A stretch of 32,000 nucleotides of DNA, taken from Nonlabens ponticola (GTDB lineage Bacteria; Bacteroidota; Bacteroidia; Flavobacteriales; Flavobacteriaceae). Numbering within the stretch: the first letter of the stretch is position 1; each line of letters begins with the position of its first letter. Below the pieces are notes generated by a model. The model saw only the letters and a program-made list of their open reading frames with translations. It did not search any database and had not been told where the DNA came from. Positions 19,679-31,600 of this stretch are shown here, one piece after another. The DNA is taken from NCBI RefSeq assembly GCF_003966335.1, contig NZ_CP034549.1, positions 1,140,001 to 1,172,000 of the forward strand, in the 5' to 3' direction. The position numbers were made by a program, and so were the translations under genes.

Positions 19679-22600
19679 ATGAATAACTTTACTCGTTCCC
19701 TATCTGTTTTAAGGAGTACTAGTTTATTGAAGTTCCCTATACTTCTAGCGATTCTACTAGCCTCATTGCAGTCTATAGCTCAGTCAGATCCAGTATTCCC
19801 TAATACCGCGAGACTTATTGAAGGTACTGATTTGCAGGAAGGTGCTGTGTATTTATTGCCTAATGCGGTAGAAGCCGGCGTTAATGGTACTGAAAACGCA
19901 GATGCCTTGTTAACCATTGTTGATATTATAGGTACTGCATCGGTAAATTCAATCGATATTACTCAAATAGAGCAAACCTATTTTGAGCCTAGTATTACAT
20001 ATCGAGCGGCTGGTGACGCGGTAGAATTCGAGATGATCTTTATAAGATCTGGCTCTGCAGAGCCAAATCTTGAAGATGCAGTAAAGCTGCCTATCGATAG
20101 TTATTCGATGGCGGTCATAGATTTAGATGGTGCTGAATTTGCTAACATACTTGTACCTGCGAGTTATACACTAGATAATAATACGCAACTTACTGATATA
20201 GTGACACCTGGTGATCCATATGTTCAGTTTACCAGCCCTCAAAATCCATTTGCCGCTGGAGCCAGCATAGCAAATACTGAATACATTGTTCAGGTCAATT
20301 ATGTTGACGTAAGCCGGGTCAACTTTATCCTAGGTAGAAATGTCAATGCTACCTCTACCAGAAATATCTCCATAAGTTTTTTAGGTGATGTTAATTTCAC
20401 GGCCCAAAACTCTACAACTAACGAGGTGAATAATCCGCCTCTGGTCGTTAACCAACAAGGTTCTACACGTTTTAATACAACCAGTATAAGCTTTGATCTA
20501 CTTGATGGATCGTCTGATCCCCAAGGAAATATAGATCCCAGCACACTGTTTTTGGTGGATCCGAATGATGCAAATAACTTTGGTGAGGTAGGTACGCCTC
20601 TCACAATTCCAGGTCAAGGAACCTATGTCGTGCAAAACGATGCTACTGTGACCTTTGATCCAGAGACTGGTTTCTTGGGGAACGCAGTCGTCAATTTTAG
20701 GGTAGAGGATCTGCCAGGCGCTACTTCCAATACTGCTAGCTTAATTGTTAATGTTGATAGGGATTCTGATGGTGACGGGATTGATGATTCGGTCGATCTT
20801 GATGATGATAATGATGGTATTCCAGATCTAATTGAAGCAGGTGGTCAGGTCAATGACTCTGCAGATTGTAGTGGTGGTCAATTGAATTTTGCTGCGGCAA
20901 ATGCAACATTGGAGTCAGGTAGTGATAATGGCGTTGTTGATGAAGGTGATGTTTTTAGATTTGCCAATGTCCAGACTAATCCTGGAGTGGATGCTTTAAT
21001 TACCATTGTTAATTATGACAGTGCGCAAATTGTCGATATAGATGATGAGACCGTTGGAGTTGGTTTTGCAGAAGGTTTTCAACCACGTATTCAATATATA
21101 GGTGCTGGTAATCCTGGCGTTGATTTACTTTTTAGTTTCGTAGAGTCGGGTACTAATAACCCGGTAACGCTAGATTCATTTTCTGGTGTGGTAAATGATG
21201 TGGATGGAACTGGCGTTCGTGAGGCATATGTTATAAACGATCCAGCCTTTTACGCTCTTAATAATCCAACCAATCTTGTCGCTACTAATTTAGGTGGCGG
21301 CAACATAAGATTTTCGGCTGATGGTCAATCAGATCAAGCCAGTATTGGAACTGCTCCCGAATATCAAGGTTATTTTCAATTCAACAATGTACAGCAAGTA
21401 CCTTTGCGTGTAGAGTTTTTAAACCCTAACAACAACACGCGAACAAGACAATTTAGTATACTCATTGATGAGTGCGCTATCAATTCTTTTGATGAGCCAC
21501 TTGTAGTAATTGATACAGAAAATGCACCAGATAGCGATGGCGATGGCATTGATGATTATCTGGATTTAGACTCTGATAATGACGGTATCTATGATGTGGT
21601 AGAGGCCGGTCATGACGCAGCACAATCAAATGGTGTATTGACTGGACCGGTAGGAACAGACGGTATTCCAGATGCAGTGCAAGATGCTGGCGATGAGGAT
21701 AGCGGCGAGGTCAATTACACACTTGTAAATTCAGATTCTGTTGGTGAGCCAGATTATTTAGATCTTGATAGTGACGGTGATGGATGTACTGATAGTAATG
21801 AAGCCTATGCAGATTCAAATGCTGATGGCGACGATGATGGTCAATTCGGTAGTGGATTACCCGCTGCGACAAACAATAATGGTACAGTAGCTTCCGCTAG
21901 TTACAATGCACCTGCGGACCAGAATTCTAATAGTGTAGCAGACTTTCGCGAAAGCGGTCCAGACGTCAATGGCGACAATAGGCCAGACGCCTGTTTTCCT
22001 CCTGTAGATTCTGACGGAGATACCGTTTTTGACAATAGAGATCTTGACGATGATAATGATGGTATCCTTGATATAGTTGAGGAATTAGGATTTGACGACA
22101 GTAATTGTGATCAACCAGAGGTAAACATAATCGGGACTAATGCAAACCTTGAATCGGGAACCGCCGGTGAGATAGGTGCTGTTTATAGATTTCCCAATGC
22201 TATCCCATCGCAAAATCGTGACGTTTTAGTTACGATTGTTGATAAGTCAGATGCGGCGACCCTTATCGATATTGATACACCTAATGGAAATCAATTGCGC
22301 AACGTTGCCTTAAGACCTCGTATAAGGGACAACAATCTTACTGATGGTGTAGCCGCAACCGTGACTTTTGAGCTTACTGTTGTTGAAAATGGACAAAATA
22401 CACCACTGACGATTGAAAGATTTGGTGGTATTGCTGGTGATATAGATGGTGTCAATCCTGGTAATGAGGTGGTTACCATAATTGATCCAGATTATCTTGC
22501 GGTTGATGAGACTACTTTGCTTTCGCGAAATGACTTACCTAACGATCGCTACGAGTATCCTAGTCCCGTAGGAGCAAATAATGTGACCGAGGAGAGAAAA

Positions 22601-25600
22601 GCGGTCTTTTTTGCCTACAACTCTCCGAGAACCTCTGTAGAAATACAATTAGGTGTAAACGGATCCTCTGATTCTGGTACAACTACAGATGACGAGCGAT
22701 TAGGTCTAGTAACTTTTGGTGAATGTACGATCAACACCTTACCAGACCCTAATCTTGATGTAATAAATGGCCGCGATCCAGACGGTGACGGTATCCCAAA
22801 TTCCCGTGATATTGACGCTGATAACGATGGTATCATTGATATAGTTGAAAATGGAAACGGTGATCTTGACGCAGACGGTGATGGCATAATTGATGGCCCA
22901 GTAGGCAGTAACGGTGTTCCTGATAGTGTTGAGAATGGTGGTGCTGATTCTGGAGACGTTGATTTTCCAGATGATTTTGACAATGATGATATTTTAAATT
23001 TCCTTGACCTTGACTCTGACGATGACAGCATTGCAGACAATGTAGAAGGTCAACCTACAGATTCTTACCAGACTCCAGTAGCAGGCGATGGCAATAATAA
23101 TGGTCTGTTAGATATCTATGAGCAAGGTGGTACCACTGGTATTGACCCAGAAAATACAGATGGTACAGATGGTCCTGACTTTTTAGACCTGGACTCTGAC
23201 AATGATTCCATCAGTGATCTAAATGAGGCAAACGATGACAACCTCGATGGTATAGCAGATATTCAGCCCTCAGGAGATGATGTAGATGAAGATGGTCTTG
23301 ACGACGCTTTTGATAGCGATGCAAATGATTTTGGAGATTTAAATGGTGGGTTTGTAGATACAGACCCTGCTGCAGATCTTACTAATAGTGATGGCGCTGA
23401 TGATGTAAATTATCGTGACACAGATGATGACAATGATGGGACGCTCACTAGCGATGAGGTTACAGACCCAAATAATCCAGAAGATGGAAACGGTAATGGA
23501 ATTCCAGACTTCCTAGAAAATATAGACACAGATGGTGACGGAATTCAAGACGATGTTGATGTCGATGATGACAACGATGGTATTCTAGACACGGTCGAAG
23601 GTCAAGGTGATCGTGATAATGATGGTATTCCTAATTCTCTCGATCTAGATTCTGATGGCGATGGGCTACCAGATAATATCGAGGCTCAAACTACCTTAGG
23701 CTATGTAGTGCCTCTAGATAGTGACAATGATGGTATTCCAGATGTAAATGCAAATGGTTTACCTACTTCTTATGATTTTAATGGTGACGGTTTAGGGTTA
23801 CTACCTGTAAATACTGACAACGCAGATCAGCCTGACTACCTGGACTTAAACTCTGATAATCAAGGTGATAACGATACAGTTGAGGCTGGCATCACGCTAA
23901 CTGGCGATGACACAGATGGTGACGGTCTAGATGATGCTACAGATGAGACTGACTCACCAGCTGGCAACTATGCAGATCCTAATGGAACCATTGATGACCC
24001 AGCGCTTCTACCAGATACCGATGGTGATTTGAATTCTGGAGGTAATGTTGATTTTAGAGATAGAACCTTGCCTAACGATGCAGATGGTGATGGCGTTCTG
24101 GACAAAGATGATCTTGATGATGATAACGATGGTATCAGTGATATTACGGAAGGTTTAGAGTTTTTCGTTGATGATTCTGCTACGTGTAGCGGTATCGATT
24201 ATGAGTTTAACGGCGGCACATTAATCGCTGGAACTGCAGGTCAAGTAGGTGCTAGATATAGATTTAGCAATGTGGCGCCTGGCCTTGACGCTATTATACA
24301 AATCACCCAACGCAGTGCAGGTGCTACACTTGCAAGTATCGATCAAAATTTAGGTGATGGTTCTGCATGGCAGCCATCCATCAGCTACTCTGCAGCTTCA
24401 AATGGTGATCTTACCATGACATTTAGAGTAGAGCTGGTAACTACTGGAACCCAAACGCTTGCCACGGTTGATCGCATAGGTGGCGTCATTCAAGATATTG
24501 ACAGCGATGGTACCGGTAGAATTAGAGAATTTTATAGATTATCAAACTTAGATAATTACACCGTTGACGCTAACACTAGAGTCATCGCTCAAGAGCTAGG
24601 TGGTGGTCAGTTCCAGTTCCGTGCAAATGGTACTGGTAGCGCGCCTATTGAGCCTATCGACACAGATCCTGCTTACAAGGTGTTCTTCCAGAGACAAGAC
24701 GTAAATCAGTTTACCTATGTAATAGGTGTAACTAAAAATATTAATCAAGCACAGACTAGATTCTACAGCGCTCGATTTGACGAGTGTCGTATTAACACAT
24801 TTGACGAGCCAGTAGTCGTTATCGTCAATGCACCAGATACTGACAATGATGGAACCCCTAATTATTTAGATACAGATTCAGATAATGATGGTTGTAATGA
24901 TACCATTGAGGCTGGTTTTGTTGATGCTTTCGCGAAAGCGGACGAAGACGGATTCCTAGGTAACGGTACACCAGTTGTAGAACCATCAAATGGTTTAGTG
25001 ACAAGTGGTAACAATGGCGAAGGTTACACAGAACCTAGAGACGCAAACAACAATGGCATTTTTGATTTCTTAGAAGCTGGATATTCAGAGGCTTGTAATG
25101 ATACAGACGGCGATGGTATAAATGACCTAGTCGACATCGACGATGACAACGACGGTATCTTGGATACCGATGAGGATGCAGATGATGATGGTGACGGCAA
25201 CCCGTTCACGGATCCTACGGATACTGACAATGATGGTATCCCAGACTTCCTTGACCAGGATGCAGATGGTGATGGTATCCCAGATAATGTAGAGGGCCAG
25301 ACCACCGATGGTTATGTGGAGCCTAGTGGCAATGATACCGATGGCAATGGTCTTGATGATGCCTATGAGGCGACTCCAGGCTCTGGTGATGGTATCAATG
25401 TAGAGGATACGGACACTGACGGCACACCTGACTATCAGGATACGGACTCAGACGACGATGGCGTCAACGATATCTTTGAGGGAACCGATAGAGACGGTGA
25501 TGGCACTCCAGATGTGGTTCCAGCAGGAACAGATACGGACAACGACGGTATCGACGACAACTTTGATGATACTGATGGTTATGCAGATCCTAACGGTAAC

Positions 25601-28600
25601 CAGGTAACAAACGATCCAGAGACAGAGCTTGCCAATATTGATGGTGATGAGCAGCCCAACTACCGTGATAGAGATGATGATGGTGACAACGTGCTTACCG
25701 CAGACGAGAACCCAGACCCTAACGGCGATGGCGATCCTAGCGACGCGCAGGATACCGACAATGATGGCATCCCAGATTATCTGGATACGGACGATGACGG
25801 CGACGGCATAGACACCGCAGATGAGGACTATGACGGTGATGATGATCCAACGGATCAGGACAGCGACAACGATGGCATCCCAGATTACTTAGATGATGAT
25901 GATGACGGTGACAACGTTCTTACCGCAGATGAGACCCCAGATCCTAACGGTGATGGTAATATCGACGACGCACAGGATACTGATAGTGACGGTATCCCAG
26001 ATTACCTAGATGAGGATGATGACGGCGATGGCATTGATACGGTCAATGAAGATTATGATGGTGACAATGATCCAACAGATCAGGATAGCGATAGTGACGG
26101 CATTCCAGATTATCTAGATGAGGATGATGATAACGATGGCATCGATACGATCGACGAGAATCCAGACCCTAACGGTGATGGTGATCCAGCCGATGCACAG
26201 GATAGCAATGGCGATGGTGTTCCAGACTACCTGGATACTACAGATATCGATGGTGATGGAATCGTGGATTCTGTCGACATCGACGATGACAACGACGGTA
26301 TCTTGGATACTGATGAGGATGCAGATGATGACGGTGACGGCAACCCGTTCACGGATCCTACGGATACTGACAATGATGGTATCCCAGACTTCCTTGACCA
26401 GGATGCAGATGGTGATGGTATCCCAGATAATGTAGAGGGCCAGACCACCGATGGTTATGTGGAGCCTAGTGGCAATGATACCGATGGCAATGGTCTTGAT
26501 GATGCCTATGAGGCGACTCCAGGCTCTGGTGATGGTATCAATGTAGAGGATACGGACACTGACGGCACACCTGACTATCAGGATACGGACTCAGACGACG
26601 ATGGCGTCAACGATATCTTTGAGGGAACCGATAGAGACGGTGATGGCACTCCAGATGTGGTTCCAGCAGGAACAGATACGGACAACGACGGTATCGACGA
26701 CAACTTTGATGATACTGATGGTTATGCAGATCCTAACGGTAACCAGGTAACAAACGATCCAGAGACAGAGCTTGCCAATATTGATGGTGATGAGCAGCCC
26801 AACTACCGTGATAGAGATGATGATGGTGACAACGTGCTTACCGCAGACGAGAACCCAGACCCTAACGGCGATGGCGATCCTAGCGACGCGCAGGATACCG
26901 ACAATGATGGCATCCCAGATTATCTGGATACGGACGATGACGGCGACGGCATAGACACCGCAGATGAGGACTATGACGGTGATGATGATCCAACGGATCA
27001 GGACAGCGACAACGATGGCATCCCAGATTACTTAGATGATGATGATGACGGTGACAACGTTCTTACCGCAGATGAGACCCCAGATCCTAACGGTGATGGT
27101 AATATCGACGACGCACAGGATACTGATAGTGACGGTATCCCAGATTACCTAGATGAGGATGATGACGGCGATGGCATTGATACGGTCAATGAAGATTATG
27201 ATGGTGACAATGATCCAACAGATCAGGATAGCGATAGTGACGGCATTCCAGATTATCTAGATGAGGATGATGATAACGATGGCATCGATACGATCGACGA
27301 GAATCCAGACCCTAACGGTGATGGTGATCCAGCCGATGCACAGGATAGCAATGGCGATGGTGTTCCAGACTACCTGGATACTACAGATATCGATGGTGAT
27401 GGAATCGTGGATTCTGTCGACATCGACGATGACAACGACGGTATCTTGGATACTGATGAGGATGCAGATGATGACGGTGACGGCAACCCGTTCACGGATC
27501 CTACGGATACTGACAATGATGGTATCCCAGACTTCCTTGACCAGGATGCAGATGGTGATGGTATCCCAGATAATGTAGAGGGCCAGACCACCGATGGTTA
27601 TGTGGAGCCTAGTGGCAATGATACCGATGGCAATGGTCTTGATGATGCCTATGAGGCGACTCCAGGCTCTGGTGATGGTATCAATGTAGAGGATACGGAC
27701 ACTGACGGCACACCTGACTATCAGGATACGGACTCAGACGACGATGGCGTCAACGATATCTTTGAGGGAACCGATAGAGACGGTGATGGCACTCCAGATG
27801 TGGTTCCAGCAGGAACAGATACGGACAACGACGGTATCGACGACAACTTTGATGATACTGATGGTTATGCAGATCCTAACGGTAACCAGGTAACAAACGA
27901 TCCAGAGACAGAGCTTGCCAATATTGATGGTGATGAGCAGCCCAACTACCGTGATAGAGATGATGATGGTGACAACGTGCTTACCGCAGACGAGAACCCA
28001 GACCCTAACGGCGATGGCGATCCTAGCGACGCGCAGGATACCGACAATGATGGCATCCCAGATTATCTGGATACGGACGATGACGGCGACGGCATAGATA
28101 CGGCGGATGAGGACTATGACGGCGATGATGATCCAACAGATCAGGACAGCGACAACGACGGCATTCCAGATTATTTGGATACGGATGATGACGATGACAA
28201 CGTGCCTACGGCAGATGAGAACCCAGACCCTAACGGTGATGGTAATATCGACGATGCACAGGATACTGATAGTGACGGTATCCCAGATTACCTGGATGAG
28301 GATGATGACGGCGACGGCATTGATACGGTCAATGAAGATTATGATGGTGACAACGATCCAACAGATCAGGATAGTGATAATGACGGCATTCCAGATTATC
28401 TAGATGACGATGATGATAATGACGGCATTGACACGATCGACGAGAATCCAGACCCTAACGGTGATGGTGATCCAACCGATGCACAGGATAGCAATGGCGA
28501 TGGTGTTCCAGACTACCTGGATACTACAGATACCGATGCTGATGGAATCGTGGATTCTGTCGACATCGACGATGACAACGACGGTATTTTGGATACCGAT

Positions 28601-31600
28601 GAGGATGCAGACAATGACGGTGACGGCAACCCGTTCACGGATCCTACGGATACTGACAATGATGGTATTCCAGACTTCCTTGACCAGGATGCCGATGGTG
28701 ATGGTATCCCAGATAATGTAGAGGGCCAGACCACCGATGGTTATGTGGAGCCTAGTGGCAATGATACCGATGGCAATGGTCTTGATGATGCCTATGAGGC
28801 GACTCCAGGCTCTGGTGATGGTATCAATGTAGAGGATACGGACACTGACGGCACACCTGACTATCAGGATACGGACTCAGACGACGATGGCGTCAACGAT
28901 ATCTTTGAGGGAACCGATAGAGATGGCGATGGCACTCCAGATGTGGTTCCAGCAGGAACAGATACGGACAACGACGGTATCGACGACAACTTTGATGATA
29001 CTGATGGTTATGCAGATCCTAACGGTAACCAGGTAACAAACGATCCAGAGACAGAGCTTGCCAATATTGATGGTGATGAGCAGCCCAACTACCGTGATAG
29101 AGATGATGATGGTGACAACGTGCTTACCGCAGACGAGAACCCAGACCCTAACGGCGATGGCGATCCTAGCGATGCGCAGGATACCGACAATGATGGCATC
29201 CCAGATTATCTGGATACGGACGATGACGGCGACGGCATAGACACGGCGGATGAGGACTATGACGGCGATGATGACCCAAAGAATCAGGACTCAGACAACG
29301 ACGGCATTCCAGATTATTTGGATACGGATGATGACGATGACAACGTGCCTACGGCAGATGAGAACCCAGACCCTAACGGTGATGGTAATATCGACGATGC
29401 ACAGGATACTGATAGTGACGGTATCCCAGATTACCTGGATGAAGATGATGACGGTGATGGCATTGACACAGTTGATGAGAATCCAGATCCTAACGGTGAT
29501 GGAAACGTCGATGATGCACAGGATACTGATGGCGATGGCATTCCAGATTATTTAGATGTTGATGATAGGGATGGTGATGGTATACCAGACGCATTAGATA
29601 TTGATGATGATAATGACGGTATTCTTGACAGTGTAGAGAATGGTGGGCAGGATCCTTTTGAGGATGACGATAATGACGGTGTTCCTAATTTCAGAGATAC
29701 TGACTTTGGTGCAGATGCTAACAACGACGGTGTTGTAGATAGCTTTGATAGTGACGATGATGGAATCATTAATCAATTTGATCAAGATTCAGACGGTGAT
29801 GGTATTCCAGATAATGTCGAGGCTCAGTTTACTGATACTTATCAGGAACCAACTGGTGCAGACAATAATAATGATGGTCTCAACGATGATTATGCTCCTA
29901 ATGGTATAACTCCAGTTGATTCAGATAATGATGGTACACCAGACTATTTGGATGATGATTCAGATGATGATGGCATTACTGATGCTATAGAAGGCTTTGA
30001 TTTTGATAATGATGGTGTCGCAGACTCTGTTCCTAGCGGTGTCGACAATGATGGCGATGGTTTCGATGATAATTTTGATGCTACCACAGATCCAGCGGAC
30101 GCCTACGATGATCCTAATGGTAATTTAGTTTCTAATGACCCTGCAAATGAACTGAACAATACAGATGGCGAGGATGAACCAGATTATCGTGATACAGATG
30201 ATGACAATGATAATGTCTTAACTGATGTAGAGGTAACTGATAATGACAATCCAGAAGATTCTGATAACGATGGTATTCCAGATTATCTGGATGCAGATGA
30301 TCGTGACGGTGATGGCATTCCAGACACTGTAGATATTGATGATGACAATGACGGGGTTTTAGACAGCGTAGAAAACGGTGGTAATGATCCATTTAATGAT
30401 ACTGACAATGATGGTGTAGCAGATTTGTTTGACACAGACTTTGGTCCAGATTCAAATAATGATAGTATCGTTGATAGTTTTGATAGCGATCTTGATGGTA
30501 TCATCGATCAATTTGATCAGGACTCAGATGACGATGGTATTCCAGACAATGTCGAGGCACAGACTACTTCAGGATACACCGCACCTACCGGTAATGACGA
30601 TGACAATGATGGTCTTGACAACGCATATGAGGCAAATGGTATAACACCTGTCGATACTGATAGTGATACGATCCCAGACTATTTAGATGATGATTCTGAT
30701 GATGATGGTATTTCTGATAATATAGAAGGATTTGATTTTGATAATGATGGCGTTGTTGATATCGCTTTCGCGGAAGCGGACAATGATAACGACGGTCTGG
30801 ACGACAATTTTGATTCAACCACAGATCCAGCTGATGCTTATGATGATCCTAACGGAAACGTCGTCTCTAACGATCCAGCTAATGAGCTAAATAATACTGA
30901 CGGTGCAGATGAACCAGATTATCGTGATGCTGATGATGATAATGATGGTGTTGATACGGATGACGAGGTAACAGATAATGACAACCCAGAAGATTCTGAT
31001 AACGACGGTATACCAGACTATCTAGATGCAGATGACAATGACGGTGATGGTATTCCGGATACTGTAGATGTAGATGATGATAATGATGGTATTGCAGATG
31101 TTGTTGAAAATGGCGGCAACGATCCTTTCGGAGATGACGACAGTGATGGTATCGCAAATTTCCTAGACGTTGATGGTACTAATGATTCTAATAATGATGG
31201 AATTGTTGATGACTTTGATCAAGACTTAGATGGTATCGTCAATCAGTTTGATCTAGACGCAGATGGTGATGGATTGACAGATGTATTTGAATCAGGCAAC
31301 GCTGCTCTTGACACAAACGATGATGGATTAATCGATAGTCAAGATGCTGGATTCACCGACTCTCCTGCAAATGGACAAGCCGATAACACAGAAGGTACAA
31401 CACCAATCGACAGTGATGGTGATGGCGTTGCCGATTATCTTGACATTGATTCAGATAACGATGGTATAATTGATAATCTTGAAATTCAGGATTCTGCAAA
31501 TACGACAAGGCCAACAGGACAAGATGATGATGGTGATGGAACTGACAATGCCTATGATGCTGATAATGGAGGAACTCCAATCTTAACACCAGAAAATACT

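Noticed and set aside
19671-19682. An alternative upstream start (ATG at 19671) for the giant gene.
   Set aside because: That frame reads ATG TCT ATA TGA and terminates after three codons. Only the ATG at 19679 opens the long frame and gives a proper signal peptide.
25629-29555. Plus-strand Met/Thr/Ile-rich ORFs (MPILMVMSSPTT..., MRMMITMASIRS...) repeated every 1143 bp.
   Set aside because: They are off-frame readings of GAT-GAY-GGT codon runs, where an ATG arises from gATGat. They overlap the continuous giant frame completely, and their composition is not protein-like.
25024-30504. Repeated minus-strand ORFs encoding Ser/Pro-rich peptides (for example 25024..25305, 26227..26448, 27370..27591, 28513..28734, 29548..29769, 30283..30504).
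   Set aside because: They are antisense shadows of the GAY/GGY-rich giant + strand frame. They recur with exactly the repeat period, have no independent start context, and are low-complexity.
25130-31270. Whether the regularly spaced repeats could be a CRISPR array or a satellite.
   Set aside because: The units are 735-1143 bp and contiguous, with no short repeat/spacer alternation. They maintain one open reading frame and there are no cas genes in the window.
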